A DNA stretch of 64,000 bases, from contig CAWJBM010000002.1 in NCBI GenBank assembly GCA_963841155.1, positions 541,885 to 605,884 of the forward strand, given 5' to 3'. Below, piece after piece: positions 10,415-19,885 of the stretch (its first letter is position 1; every line of letters starts with the position of its first letter). The translations under genes were made by a program, and so were the position numbers. The DNA is from an uncultured Acidimicrobiaceae bacterium (lineage in GTDB: Bacteria; Actinomycetota; Acidimicrobiia; Acidimicrobiales; Bog-793). The notes under the pieces are model-generated. The model was given only the letters and a program-made list of their open reading frames with translations, made no database searches and was not told the DNA's origin.

Positions 10415-11301
10415 CCTCGCCGGAATATTGACCGGCGGGCGCCCGCAGCCGGAACTGCGCCGCCTGTCGTCACCTTGACGACGATGACTGTGACGTTATC
10501 AGGCGACCCAGCTTTGATCGCCAGGTCGACCAGCTGCTCGGCAGCTTCCACCACCGTCGGCACACTCGGCGTCCCCACCGCCCCGGCACGCTCGGCGATC
10601 TCGTGGTTGGCCACGGTGTCCCAGAGCCCGTCGGAACACAGCACGAAGACGTCCCCCGCCTCGGTGTCCGCCTTGGCTATGTCCACCTGGACTGTCGGCT
10701 CGATGCCGACCACCCGCACCAGCTGCGAACGGCCAGGGTGCCTGGCCGCCTGCTCGGGGCTCAGCAACCCCATTCGCAGCATCTCCCCCACCCGTGAGTG
10801 GTCTGCTGTCATCTGTGTGCAGGATCCCCGTCTGACCAGATAACACCGGCTGTCTCCGACGTGGGCGACGACAGCTTGGCACCCGGCGAGCGTCAGCGCG
10901 GTGAAGGTGGTGGCCATGCCCCGCTGCCTTCGTTCGAGGGCGGCATCGAAGACTGCGGCATTCGCCGCCCTTGCCGCAGCCCGCAGGGCCTGGGGCGGAG
11001 GACGCGGATCGGGTGCTGTCCATATGCCAAGGGCTGCTTCGACCGCGGCCCGGCTCGCGACCTCGCCTGCAGCGTGGCCTCCGAGCCCGTCGCACACGAC
11101 AAACAGCGGCCCACGGTCCCACGCGTCGTCCGGGGTGGTCAGTGCGTACGCTCCGGCGAAGTCCTCGTTGTGGGGCCGCACGTCTCCGGGCTCGGAGCAC
11201 AATGCCCACCCGAACTTGCTCAGCAGGCCGTGGCCCCGGAGAGAACCGTTGCCCGAAAGCTGCTCTGCCTCCGAGCCGGGCAGGAGCTCATCGTCTGTCA
11301 T
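10411..11301 (-). CDS. PP2C-family Ser/Thr protein phosphatase
   Basis: Motifs FVVCDGLGGHAAGEVAS, VAHVGDSRCY and VLCSDGLWD are present. The ATG at 11301 is preceded by GGAGCAGGAG. The stop overlaps the kinase start (ATGA at 10411-10414). Confidence 0.88.
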   Translation of the reverse strand: MTDDELLPGSEAEQLSGNGSLRGHGLLSKFGWALCSEPGDVRPHNEDFAGAYALTTPDDAWDRGPLFVVCDGLGGHAAGEVASRAAVEAALGIWTAPDPRPPPQALRAAARAANAAVFDAALERRQRGMATTFTALTLAGCQAVVAHVGDSRCYLVRRGSCTQMTADHSRVGEMLRMGLLSPEQAARHPGRSQLVRVVGIEPTVQVDIAKADTEAGDVFVLCSDGLWDTVANHEIAERAGAVGTPSVPTVVEAAEQLVDLAIKAGSPDNVTVIVVKVTTGGAVPAAGARRSIFRRG

Positions 11302-11525
11302 CGCGATCTCCTGCTCCGACGGCTGAACTCGCGATGCGTCGGGTGCGAGTAGCCTGCCGGGACGTGGCCAAGCGTCCGCAGAACAAGCGGCGCCCCGGCA
11401 GTCGGCAGCCAGGCACCCCGGGCGGGGAGCGGGACGCAACGCCATCGGGTGGTCCCCGTAGGCGGGGCTTCGACCCCGCGCAGCCCTTCCAGGTTGGTCG
11501 TAGGCCCTCGTCTCCGTTGCTGCTC

Positions 11526-11690
11526 ATGGTGGTCGGGCTGATGTGGGTGGCAGCAGGGGTCATCGCGCTGTTCGCCATGACCGCCAGCTGGCGGCTCGTT
11601 CCGGCGATTGCCTTCGTCGGGGTTGGGCTGTACTTCGTGCGAGGCGCCAGCGCCACAGTCCTGCGCCGTGATCGTCGCTCGCAACGCTGA
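11526..11690 (+). CDS. Small two-TM membrane protein (hypothetical)
   Basis: The C-terminal part of ORF 10971..11690 reads MVVGLMWVAAGVIALFAMTASWRLVPAIAFVGVGLYFVRGASATVLRRDRRSQR. An in-frame TTG at 11517 is an alternative start. There is no family-level evidence. Confidence 0.3.
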   Translation: MVVGLMWVAAGVIALFAMTASWRLVPAIAFVGVGLYFVRGASATVLRRDRRSQR

Positions 11691-11723
11691 TCCCGGTGCT
11701 CCGACGCCCCTCACGACACCGGC

Positions 11724-13289
11724 TCAGTTGACGGCCACCGAAGGTCGCGTCCGCTCCGAGATGACCATCTGCGCGCTCTGCTTGTTGGGGTTCACCGCTG
11801 CCCAGATGAACCCGAGGACGGCCCAGACGGTGACGACGGCTATGGCCTTGTAGGCGTCACCCGGAGTCGTGCCCGACCCAGTGACGGCGATGTACACCAC
11901 GCCGGCCATCTCGAGCAGGTTCAGGACCAACCCCAGCGCCGGGATGCAGATGTGCTTGACCAAATGGCGATCGTGACGGCTGGCGAACGCCACCAAGGCA
12001 ATGCCACAGGTAGCGCCGTAGACGAGGAACGTCCCCAGGTTGGATGCCAGCGTGATCTGGGTCAGGTTGTCCACCTGGTGAGGATCGGCCCCGAAGACGC
12101 CCAGCGCCGCCGACACGAGGGTGAGGACCAGGACTCCACCGTACGGGCTCGCAAACCGGCCGTGGAGCAAGCCGAGCACCGCCGGCATCTCCCTGTCCTT
12201 CGACATGGCGTAGGTGATGCGCACCGCGGTGTTGAGGCTGGCGAGCGCAGTGCCGACCAGCGCCAGCAGAACCGTGAAGGCGACCAGCACGGCGAGCGTC
12301 TGCCCGCTGTTGCCCAGGTAATGGTTGCCGATGGTCTTGATCATGTCGCCTATAGGCGCCGCGTCAGCGGAAGCAGCTGCGTAGCCATGTGCCAGCGTCT
12401 TACCCGATCCGGTCGTCAACGAGGCGCCGCCGATCGCGAGGTTCGCGGCGAAGTACTCGAACAGGTAGCACACTCCGCCCTGGATCAAGAGGCTGATCAG
12501 CACCCCGCGCTTTATGTCCCGCTGGGGGTTGACCGCCTCCGACCCGAACGCCGTGACCGACTCGAACCCGACCAGCAGGAGGATGGCGACCGTCGACTGG
12601 TACAGCATGTCTATGACGCTGTGAGGAATGATGACGTGAACGGCGCTGGCTCGCGCGAAGCCCCCGACCGCGTGACCGTGGGCTATCCGGAACCAGATGA
12701 ACATCACGCTGACCAGCAACAGACAGGTGATCTGGATCACGTTGATCGCTATAGAAGTCATGGTCGACCCGTTGATGCCCCGGTAAGCGATGTAGCCCAC
12801 GATGCCCGCAAAGCCGACAGCCACGATGCCCAGCGGCAGGTAGGTCAGCGTGTGGTGGAAGATCGCCGAGTACAGATAGCCGAACAGCGTCGCCGTGTAC
12901 GCCACCATGATCCCGGGATAGATCCAGTAGTAGAGGTGGCTGATCCAGCCCACGCTGAGCTTGGCGAAGCGCGCGTAACGCTGGTGAGCCGGGCGCTCCT
13001 TGTCCAGGAAGGCCGCCTCTGCGAAGTAGTAGCCCGAGCCGGTGCCGGCGTCAGGGTAGATCCGGGCCAGCTCCGCATAGCTGTACGCGGTCAGCATCGC
13101 CAGGATCAGGGAAAGAAGCAGGCCCGCCCACATCCCGTCCGCTGTCGAGGAGCCGTGGCGTGACAACGCGGCCTGGGTCTCGAACGTCGTCCACAAGAAG
13201 GCGCCTGGCGCAATTAGCGCCATCGCGTTGACCGTCACCCCTGTCAAGGTGAGGCTTCGTCGCATCTCGCCAACGCTGATGCCAGCCAT
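11724..13289 (-). CDS. APC-superfamily amino acid/polyamine permease
   Basis: A long multi-TM hydrophobic ORF with the N-terminus LTGVTVNAMALIAPGAFLWTTF. The ATG at 13289 has AAGGAAAGGG upstream; the ORF itself opens at 13355. Confidence 0.8.
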   Translation of the reverse strand: MAGISVGEMRRSLTLTGVTVNAMALIAPGAFLWTTFETQAALSRHGSSTADGMWAGLLLSLILAMLTAYSYAELARIYPDAGTGSGYYFAEAAFLDKERPAHQRYARFAKLSVGWISHLYYWIYPGIMVAYTATLFGYLYSAIFHHTLTYLPLGIVAVGFAGIVGYIAYRGINGSTMTSIAINVIQITCLLLVSVMFIWFRIAHGHAVGGFARASAVHVIIPHSVIDMLYQSTVAILLLVGFESVTAFGSEAVNPQRDIKRGVLISLLIQGGVCYLFEYFAANLAIGGASLTTGSGKTLAHGYAAASADAAPIGDMIKTIGNHYLGNSGQTLAVLVAFTVLLALVGTALASLNTAVRITYAMSKDREMPAVLGLLHGRFASPYGGVLVLTLVSAALGVFGADPHQVDNLTQITLASNLGTFLVYGATCGIALVAFASRHDRHLVKHICIPALGLVLNLLEMAGVVYIAVTGSGTTPGDAYKAIAVVTVWAVLGFIWAAVNPNKQSAQMVISERTRPSVAVN

Positions 13290-13934
13290 GAACCGTGCCC
13301 TTTCCTTGTCGATCGTCGGTTGCGCGACGCGTACGCACACGAGTGCCGTTTGCACTTGGCGTGAACGTAAACCTCTTGGGTTTCCTCACCGTGTCTGGGA
13401 TGTGAACGCAGCATTACCGGCGAAGCCGGGCAGGTCCGGTTCCAGCGCGACAGCGGCTCCGGAGTCCTGAGAGCCCTCAGAGATCTCTCTAGGGCGTCGG
13501 ACGGCGAAGCCACCACAGCCGAGTCAAGTCCTCATGCGGCCAGGCCAACTCGACGACGAAGTCGGCGATCGCGTGCTCCAGTCGACCGAAGTGACGGTGT
13601 AGTGGTGTGCCGGTGGGCACCGGGCCGCGGATCTACGACAGGCCGGTGCGCAGCATGCGGCTGCAGGTGGGGGTGAAGATCATGGCCACCCGCAACCCGA
13701 ACGGGGGCCGAGGCGCAGGCGCAGACCTCCCGACCGCGACCGCCACCCAAGGCGTATCGATTGCATCGCCTGTCATTCCGGTGGGGCCGTCACCGAAATG
13801 CCGTAACAAACGGGCATCTCCGATAGTGAACTCGACAGGCATGGGGCGCAGTGTTGTAACCTCCGCACAACGTTGCACCAGGGGTTTTCGCAACAGTAGA
13901 AGATGACGCAATCGAGCCCGGGGAGGAAGTACAG

Positions 13935-14864
13935 ATGAAGACTGTTCACGATTCACAGCACAAGCTCCGGAGGTCCGGGGTCGTCTCTGTATCCATCGCT
14001 CTCGTGGGTGCCGCGTTGCTCGCCGGCACCGGGACGGTGGCGTTCGCCGCGCCGGGCCGTGCCGCCCACGCGGCCGTCGCTATCCCCACCCCGCGGAAGG
14101 ATCCCAAGGTCGCGGCCCTGGTGCCGGAGAGCATCAAGAAGAAGGGTTACGTATCGGCCGCGATGGACGCCAGCTACCCGCCCGACGAGTTCGTGGCAGC
14201 CAACGGCACGACGATCATCGGCATGGACGCTGACTTCAACGCCGCGCTCGGCGCCGTCATGGGCGTCAAGTGGAAGGGGGTCAACACGGTCTTCAGCACC
14301 ATCATCCTCGGCCTCGGGGCGGGCAAGTACGACGTCGGGAACTCGTCGTTCACCGTGACCAAGAAGCGTGAGAGGCAGGTCAACTTCGTCACGTACTTCA
14401 AGGCGGGCGAGGGTTACTACGTCGAGAAGTCGAGTTCTCTCAGGCTGGACGGGCTGATGAGCCTGTGCGGCCACTCGGTCTCGGTCGAGATCGGCACGAC
14501 CGAGCAGATCGACGCCGTGAACACGGTCGCCACCTGCAAGAAAGCGCACAGGACACCGGACGCGGTGTCGGCCTTCGAGACCCAGCTCCAGGCGAACCTC
14601 GCCGTCTCGAGCGGTCGGGCCCAGATCGGCTTCGCCGACTCCCAGGTCGCCGGCTACATCGTCTCGCAGTCGAAGGGCCTGTTCAAGCTTGACGGCCCGG
14701 CTTTCGGAGTCGCGCCCTACGGCTTCGCCTTCCCGAAGTCCTCGACACTCGACAAGGCGACCCTGGCCGCCGTCAGGGACCTCATGAAAGACGGCATCTA
14801 CAAGAAAATCCTCGACAAGTGGGGGGTGCAAGCGGGAGCGATCACCAATCCGGCGATCGTTTAG
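13935..14864 (+). CDS. ABC transporter substrate-binding protein, family 3 (polar amino acid type)
   Basis: An N-terminal signal/TM segment is followed by GYVSAAMDASYPPDEF, GMDADFNAALG and GKYDVGNSSFTVTKKRERQVNFV. A GGAGGAAG RBS precedes the ATG. Confidence 0.85.
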   Translation: MKTVHDSQHKLRRSGVVSVSIALVGAALLAGTGTVAFAAPGRAAHAAVAIPTPRKDPKVAALVPESIKKKGYVSAAMDASYPPDEFVAANGTTIIGMDADFNAALGAVMGVKWKGVNTVFSTIILGLGAGKYDVGNSSFTVTKKRERQVNFVTYFKAGEGYYVEKSSSLRLDGLMSLCGHSVSVEIGTTEQIDAVNTVATCKKAHRTPDAVSAFETQLQANLAVSSGRAQIGFADSQVAGYIVSQSKGLFKLDGPAFGVAPYGFAFPKSSTLDKATLAAVRDLMKDGIYKKILDKWGVQAGAITNPAIV

Positions 14865-14897
14865 CCGGGCGGCGGCTCCCCGAGCGGAGGCGAGCCG

Positions 14898-15845
14898 GTG
14901 ACAATGCAAAGCACTGAGGGGCACCGTCCGGAGGAGATCCGGGCGGTGCCCCTGCGCCATCCAGGGCGGTGGGCGGCCGCGGCCGTCCTGCTCGTGCTGG
15001 CGGTGATGCTGGCCCACAACATGCTGACGAACCCCCGCTGGCAGTGGGGGGTCATCCGCAGCAACCTCTTCTCTCCGCCGATCGTGTCGGGGGCGGAGAA
15101 CACCATCAAGATCACGATCTTCGCCATGGCGATCGGCGTCATCCTCGGCATCCTCCTCGCCGTGATGCGGCTCTCGCCCAACCAGGTCCTCTCGAGTGCA
15201 GCGTGGCTCTTCATCTGGTTCTTCAGGGGCACGCCTGTCTACCTCCAGCTCACATTCTGGTTTGCCATCTCCTCGCTCTTCCCGACCTTCGGCCTCGGCG
15301 TGCCGTTCGGGCCGGAGTTCGTGCACCTGAGCGCCAACACGATCATCACCCCGCTCGTGGCCGGCCTCCTCGGGCTCGGCCTCAACGAGGGCGCCTACTA
15401 CGCCGAGATCGTGCGGGCGGGGATCCTCTCGGTCGACCACGGGCAGTTCGAGGCTGCGCAATCCCTCGGCATGCGCCGGGCGACGCTCATGCGCAAGATC
15501 GTGCTCCCCCAGGCAATGCGAGTCATCGTCCCGCCGACGGGCAACGAGCTGAACAACATGCTCAAGACGACCTCGCTCCTCGTCGTGGTCACATACCCCG
15601 AGCTCATGTACCAGACCACGAACGACGCCGCCCGGACCTTCGAGGCCATCCCCTTCTATGTCGGCGCCTGCATGTGGTACCTGTTCATGACCACACTGCT
15701 CACCATGGGCCAGTTCTACGTGGAGCGCTACTACGCGCGGGGCTCCTCCTACGCGCTCCCGCCGACGCCCATCCAGCGGATGCGGCGCAACCTCACGACG
15801 CTGCGCCGCATCCCCTTCTCGGCGAGCGGAACGGGAGGGTCATAG
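14898..15845 (+). CDS. Amino acid ABC transporter permease
   Basis: A multi-TM ORF with the conserved cytoplasmic loop AAQSLGMRRATLMRKIVLPQAMRVIVPPTGNE. Confidence 0.85.
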   Translation: MTMQSTEGHRPEEIRAVPLRHPGRWAAAAVLLVLAVMLAHNMLTNPRWQWGVIRSNLFSPPIVSGAENTIKITIFAMAIGVILGILLAVMRLSPNQVLSSAAWLFIWFFRGTPVYLQLTFWFAISSLFPTFGLGVPFGPEFVHLSANTIITPLVAGLLGLGLNEGAYYAEIVRAGILSVDHGQFEAAQSLGMRRATLMRKIVLPQAMRVIVPPTGNELNNMLKTTSLLVVVTYPELMYQTTNDAARTFEAIPFYVGACMWYLFMTTLLTMGQFYVERYYARGSSYALPPTPIQRMRRNLTTLRRIPFSASGTGGS

Positions 15846-16610
15846 ATGCCGGGCCCAATGGTGCAAGCCGAGGCGGTGCACAAACGCTTCGGCCCCCTCG
15901 AGGTGCTGAAGGGGATCACCCTCGAGGTCGCCCCCCGCGAGGTGATGTGCCTGTTGGGGCCTTCCGGCTCGGGCAAGTCGACGTTCCTGCGTTGCATCAA
16001 CCACCTCGAGAAGATCAACTCGGGGCGGCTGCGCGTCGACGGGGAGCTCGTCGGCTACGAGGAGCGCGGCGATCGCCTGCACGAGCTTCCCGAACGCGAG
16101 GTCTGCCGCCGGCGCACCGAGATAGGCATGGTCTTCCAGCGTTTCAACCTGTTCCCACACATGACGGCGTTGGAGAACGTCGCCGCGGCGCCTGTGCTGG
16201 TCAAGAAGGAGCCGCGAGCCGACGTCGCGACGCGTGCCCGGGCCTTGCTCGACCGGGTCGGGCTGTCGGACAAGATCGAGGCCTACCCCAACCAGCTCTC
16301 CGGCGGTCAGCAGCAGCGGGTCGCGATCGCCCGGGCCCTCGCCATGCAGCCGAAGCTCATGCTCTTCGACGAGCCCACGAGCGCGCTCGACCCCGAGCTC
16401 GTCGGGGAGGTCCTCGACGTGATGCGCGCACTCGCCGAGGAGGGGATGACCATGATCGTCGTAACCCACGAGATCGGCTTCGCCCGCGAGGTCGGCGACA
16501 CGCTCGTGTTCATGGACGAGGGCGTCGTCGTCGAGGCGGGGACGCCTCGGGAGGTCATCGCCAACCCACGCCACGAGCGCACCAAGGCTTTCCTCTCCAA
16601 GGTGCTCTGA
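15846..16610 (+). CDS. Amino acid ABC transporter ATP-binding protein
   Basis: Walker [10 protein letters not shown], signature [15 protein letters not shown] and Walker [13 protein letters not shown] are present. The start abuts the permease stop. Confidence 0.92.
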   Translation: MPGPMVQAEAVHKRFGPLEVLKGITLEVAPREVMCLLGPSGSGKSTFLRCINHLEKINSGRLRVDGELVGYEERGDRLHELPEREVCRRRTEIGMVFQRFNLFPHMTALENVAAAPVLVKKEPRADVATRARALLDRVGLSDKIEAYPNQLSGGQQQRVAIARALAMQPKLMLFDEPTSALDPELVGEVLDVMRALAEEGMTMIVVTHEIGFAREVGDTLVFMDEGVVVEAGTPREVIANPRHERTKAFLSKVL

Positions 16611-16621
16611 GCCTGAACGGT

Positions 16622-16642
16622 GACCGGCTGTGCCGGTCTTCG
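16622..16642 (+). terminator. Possible terminator hairpin after the ABC operon
   Basis: GACCGGC-tgt-GCCGGTC is a perfect 7-bp stem that begins 12 nt after the stop. It is followed only by TTCGGG, a weak U-tract. Confidence 0.3.
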
Positions 16643-16916
16643 GGCGATCACCGCGACGGAATGTGAGGATGCGGAGCGAAGCCCCGCTCGAAGCGCACAT
16701 CCCACTTCAGGCTGGCTGCTCGGGGCCCATTCGCTCAGGCGCCGGGAGCCGAACTCGCACCCTCGGCCTGGAAGAGGACCGTTTGGCATTGAATTCGGCA
16801 GCTTTCAGCCAACCGCGGCGGACGACCAGTGCTGGCGTCCCCAACCTGTGCAGGTAGCGCGTCCACCGACCGCGGGCCCCGTACGCGAAAGCGAGGCGGG
16901 GACACTTCATGGGACC

Positions 16917-17285
16917 ATGAGCACGGTGCGCAAGCTCGTCGGGATCGTGCTGGTGGCTGTGGCGCTGACCTTCGCCGCGTGCACGACAAGCACGAGCAGG
17001 CCCACCGGGGTTGTGACCGGCTCCGCCAACGCCTGCCGGGGATTGGCGGTGTCAGCCAAGGGTCTGCCTCCCGTGACCGTGCTGCTCTACTCCGGGTCGC
17101 GCCTCATCACATCGGAGACGCTCCCCTCCGGTGGCGAGTACCGGCTGACCGCCACGCCAGGGGCGTACACGGTCAAGTTCCGGCAGCGAGCGGGGACCCG
17201 AAGTTTTCAGCCATACCGTCCGAAGCCTGTGACCGTGCAGGCCGGTCGCACTGTCACTGCCAACTTCTTCAACATGTGCATGTAG
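16917..17285 (+). CDS. Putative lipoprotein with a carboxypeptidase-regulatory-like beta domain
   Basis: MSTVRKLVGIVLVAVALTFAAC is a signal peptide plus a lipobox-like FAAC. GEYRLTATPGAYTVKF..VTVQAGRTVTANF is a beta-sandwich-like pattern. Confidence 0.55.
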   Translation: MSTVRKLVGIVLVAVALTFAACTTSTSRPTGVVTGSANACRGLAVSAKGLPPVTVLLYSGSRLITSETLPSGGEYRLTATPGAYTVKFRQRAGTRSFQPYRPKPVTVQAGRTVTANFFNMCM

Positions 17286-17428
17286 AGGCTCGACACGGTA
17301 CGCGGAACCGTCCCGTCAGCGCTTCGTGGGAGCATGGCAACAGTGGGATCGCGCGTCCTTGTGCCGGTGATCGGGCTGGCCGGGAACGGCATGACGGCGC
17401 GGACGATCCTCTACTCGCTGCGGGCGAC

Positions 17429-17833
17429 GTGACCTGGCCCACCGCTTCCAGATGTCCGGTTCTCGGGCGTGAGAAAGGGCGACGGCAAGATGACTTCACC
17501 TGGTTCCGCTGGGCCGCGAGAGTCGCGGCACTCGCGCTTGTCGTCGCGGCGGTCGTGCTCGTCGTAACGGAGCCAACGGTTGGCTACGTCTTTAGCGGTC
17601 AGCACCTGACCGGCACCTGCAGCACTCCGTGGAGCAACTGGAGACACCCGTTCAACTTCCCGGTGCCGTCTGATGTCGGCATGCTGCTCAACGCGTGTGC
17701 TCCCACATACCCCGAGCGGTGGCACCTCGCCTGGGGAATCGTGCTCGGAGCCCTGGTCCTCGGCACGGCGTCGTTTGCTTCATCACTGGGTCTGCGTCGG
17801 ATACCGCATGCCCACAAGGTCCGCCCAACCTAA
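17429..17833 (+). CDS. Hypothetical membrane protein (start uncertain)
   Basis: The tail of ORF 16829..17833 has two hydrophobic segments, WAARVAALALVVAAVVLVV and LAWGIVLGALVLGTASFA. The GTG at 17429 is only one candidate start. Confidence 0.3.
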   Translation: MTWPTASRCPVLGREKGRRQDDFTWFRWAARVAALALVVAAVVLVVTEPTVGYVFSGQHLTGTCSTPWSNWRHPFNFPVPSDVGMLLNACAPTYPERWHLAWGIVLGALVLGTASFASSLGLRRIPHAHKVRPT

Positions 17834-18307
17834 CAATTGGCCGTCCTGCGGACCGTCGAAAGACGCACCGTGACACCGTGAAGGCGTTCCTGATGCTCAC
17901 CGCGGCCATGCTGGCCGCAGTCGGCATCGGCACCGGCCTTGTCGGTGGGCTTGCCTACCCACAGCTACCTTCTCGCACGTAGCTCGCCGCCGTAGGTGCG
18001 CTCGGCTGAACTCCCCCGCTCCCGGACGACGATGTTGTATGGGTTGAGGTGAGCGTGATGCTCAAGGTCCGCCACCCCATCGTGATGTTCGTTGTGGTCG
18101 CGCTGGTCGCAATCGGGATCGGCTTGGGTGTGTTGACGGCACCGGTGCCCGCTCGCAGCCTGCGCGGGCGCTTCAGACCCTGGGTCCATTCTCGGGTCCA
18201 TTCTCGCCCGAGCGAAGTTGAGCACCGAAGGGACCTTGCCCACCGTCTTCTTTGACCCCGACAGCGGACTCGCGATCGGCGACAAGCAAGCAGCAGAGCC
18301 GAGGCCC

Positions 18308-18535
18308 TCAAGTCGCGGCACCCGGATCGCGGATTCCCCGGGCAGGCATGACGGCGCCGGGTCTGTAGCCGTCCCGCGCGGCCCGGACGAACAGGTGGTA
18401 GACACCGGCGTGATGCAGGACACCGGCTTTGAACAGCGGCCCGTAGCCGAGCACCGCTCCGGCCTCGACAACGGGCCGGTCGCGCAAGCGCCGGACCGGA
18501 CGCCTTGGAATCCCGATCACCGAGCTGTCGTGCAC
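18308..18535 (-). pseudogene. Truncated 5' copy of the GH130-like gene at 19886..20890
   Basis: It retains the same RBS context and GTG start. It reads HDSSVIGIPRRPVRRLRDRPVVEAGAVLGYGPLFKAGVLHHAGVYHLFVRAARDGY, then diverges and stops. It lies inside the 224-bp repeat copy 1. Confidence 0.7.
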
Positions 18536-18580
18536 GGCGCCTCCCGCTCGGATCGATGGGGCGGCAACGCGCGCGTTATC
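18357..18580. repeat. Direct repeat copy 1 (224 bp)
   Basis: It aligns without gaps to 20712..20935, with about 13 mismatches counted by eye. Confidence 0.85.
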
Positions 18581-18624
18581 GACACAAGACAAGCACTGGT
18601 GAACCAGTCAGGTGGTGGACACAG

Positions 18625-19668
18625 ATGAGCAACCAAGCCGATCCTCGCGAACTGCTGCAGAGGTACTCGGGCAACCCGATCCTGCGCCCGCACGACTTCC
18701 CCAAGATGGTCAACGCGGTGTTCAACCCGGGCGCCACGGTCGTCGACGGCCGAACGCTGCTGCTGTTGCGCGTCGAGTACCGCACCGGCCTGTCCTCTCT
18801 CGTCGCGGCGACAAGCGAAGACGGGCTCACCGGGTGGGAGATCGACCCGGTTCGGGGGTTGCAGCCACAGCCGGACCGTTTCGAGGAGCACTGGGGGATC
18901 GAGGACCCGAGGATCACGCGTGTCGGTGAGGAGTACTTCGTCGTCTACGTCGGGTACTCCACCGCTGGTCCCCTCGTCTGCCTGGCCAAGACGCGTGACT
19001 TCGTGCAATGGGAGCGGAGCGGTGTCCTGCAGCCTCCCGAGGACAAGGACGCCGCACTGTTCCCGACGAGATTCGGTGGGCGGTGGGCGCTGATCCACCG
19101 GCCGGCACCGGCGATGTCAGGTTTGGGCGCTCACATCTGGCTGTCGTTCAGCCCCGATCTGCGCCACTGGGGCGACGCTCGAGTGCTGCTTGCGGCACGG
19201 CGCGGTGGTTGGTGGGACGCCAACAAGGTCGGGCTCGGCCCCCCGCCGCTGCTCACCAAGGACGGCTGGCTGCTCTGCTATCACGGGGTTCGGGTCACCG
19301 CATCCGGGTCGATCTACCGGCTCGGGCTGGCATTGCTGGGCAGGGACGACCCGACCAAGGTTCTGGCGCGCGGCAACGAGTGGGTGTTCGGTCCCCAGGA
19401 GACCTACGAACGGTCGGGCGACGTGCCCGACGCCGTGTTCCCGTGCGGTTGGATCCTGCGCGACGACGGCGACACCCTGCACGTCTACTACGGTGCCGCG
19501 GACAGCGTGGTCTGCGTGGCCGAGGCGAGCCTGGAGAAGTTGCTGGGCCACCTCGAAGAGCACCCGTACCCGCCGGACGAAGAGCACCCGTACCCGCTGA
19601 CCGAGGAGCACCCGTACCGGCTGGAGGGCGACGGCACGCCTCCGAGTGCGACCCCGGGCGTTGCGTAA
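18625..19668 (+). CDS. GH130-family (DUF377) glycosidase/glycoside phosphorylase-like protein A
   Basis: Family pattern: GNPILRPHDFP..VFNPGATVVDGRTLLLLRVE..WGIEDPRIT..ALIHRP..GWLLCYHGV..YRLGLALL..LHVYYGAADSVVCVA. The ATG at 18625 follows GGTGGTGGA. Confidence 0.8.
   Translation: MSNQADPRELLQRYSGNPILRPHDFPKMVNAVFNPGATVVDGRTLLLLRVEYRTGLSSLVAATSEDGLTGWEIDPVRGLQPQPDRFEEHWGIEDPRITRVGEEYFVVYVGYSTAGPLVCLAKTRDFVQWERSGVLQPPEDKDAALFPTRFGGRWALIHRPAPAMSGLGAHIWLSFSPDLRHWGDARVLLAARRGGWWDANKVGLGPPPLLTKDGWLLCYHGVRVTASGSIYRLGLALLGRDDPTKVLARGNEWVFGPQETYERSGDVPDAVFPCGWILRDDGDTLHVYYGAADSVVCVAEASLEKLLGHLEEHPYPPDEEHPYPLTEEHPYRLEGDGTPPSATPGVA
19555..19626 (+). repeat. Three in-frame 24-bp tandem repeats at the 3' end of GH130-like gene A
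   Basis: The units are gaagagcacccgtacccgccggac, gaagagcacccgtacccgctgacc and gaggagcacccgtaccggctggag. They encode EEHPYPPD, EEHPYPLT and EEHPYRLE. Confidence 0.9.
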
Positions 19669-19885
19669 TGCGCCTGGCACTGCTGGCACCCATCCCCTGG
19701 CGTACCGCGCCGCGGCATTGCGGCCGTGGAAGCAGGTCGTTCTGGAACTTACGGACCTACTCGACACTTCGGGTCTCCAGAATCCGCGGAGACCACATGA
19801 CTCAACAACAAGCCCATCGGCAGCTCAGACACCGGCTGGCCGTCCTCCAGCACGCCGAGGAGGCCACCGGTAACGCCGCGACCTC

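Noticed and set aside
10411-11445. N-terminally extended versions of several ORFs in the track: PP2C from 11445, carA from 36617, carB from 37681, pyrD from 41353, purL from 28099, purF from 23262 and the regulator from 61675
   Set aside because: The extensions are low-complexity and overlap the preceding gene. They precede internal starts that have RBSs or start/stop coupling and that match the usual family N-termini.
13356-13934. Leader of the APC permease as a possible glycine or amino-acid riboswitch, the palindrome AGAGATCTCT near 13479, and ORF 13633..13956 (-)
   Set aside because: There is no convincing match to riboswitch cores by eye. The ORF overlaps the SBP gene start region and has no recognisable family. 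It may be a gene remnant, but I cannot support that.
13953-15461. 502-aa minus-strand ORF opposite the ABC substrate-binding and permease genes
   Set aside because: It has Asp/Arg/Glu/Gly-rich shadow composition with no motifs. The plus-strand genes carry clear ABC transporter signatures.
17871-18255. Two small TM-peptide ORFs (VKAFLMLTAAMLAAVGIGTGLVGGLAYPQLPSRT at 17871-17982, and ORF 18049..18255) plus a 12-bp tandem duplication gggtccattctc x2 at 18182-18205
   Set aside because: They are short, have no start-site support and no homology evidence. They are noted only because both share an xIGIGxG hydrophobic segment.
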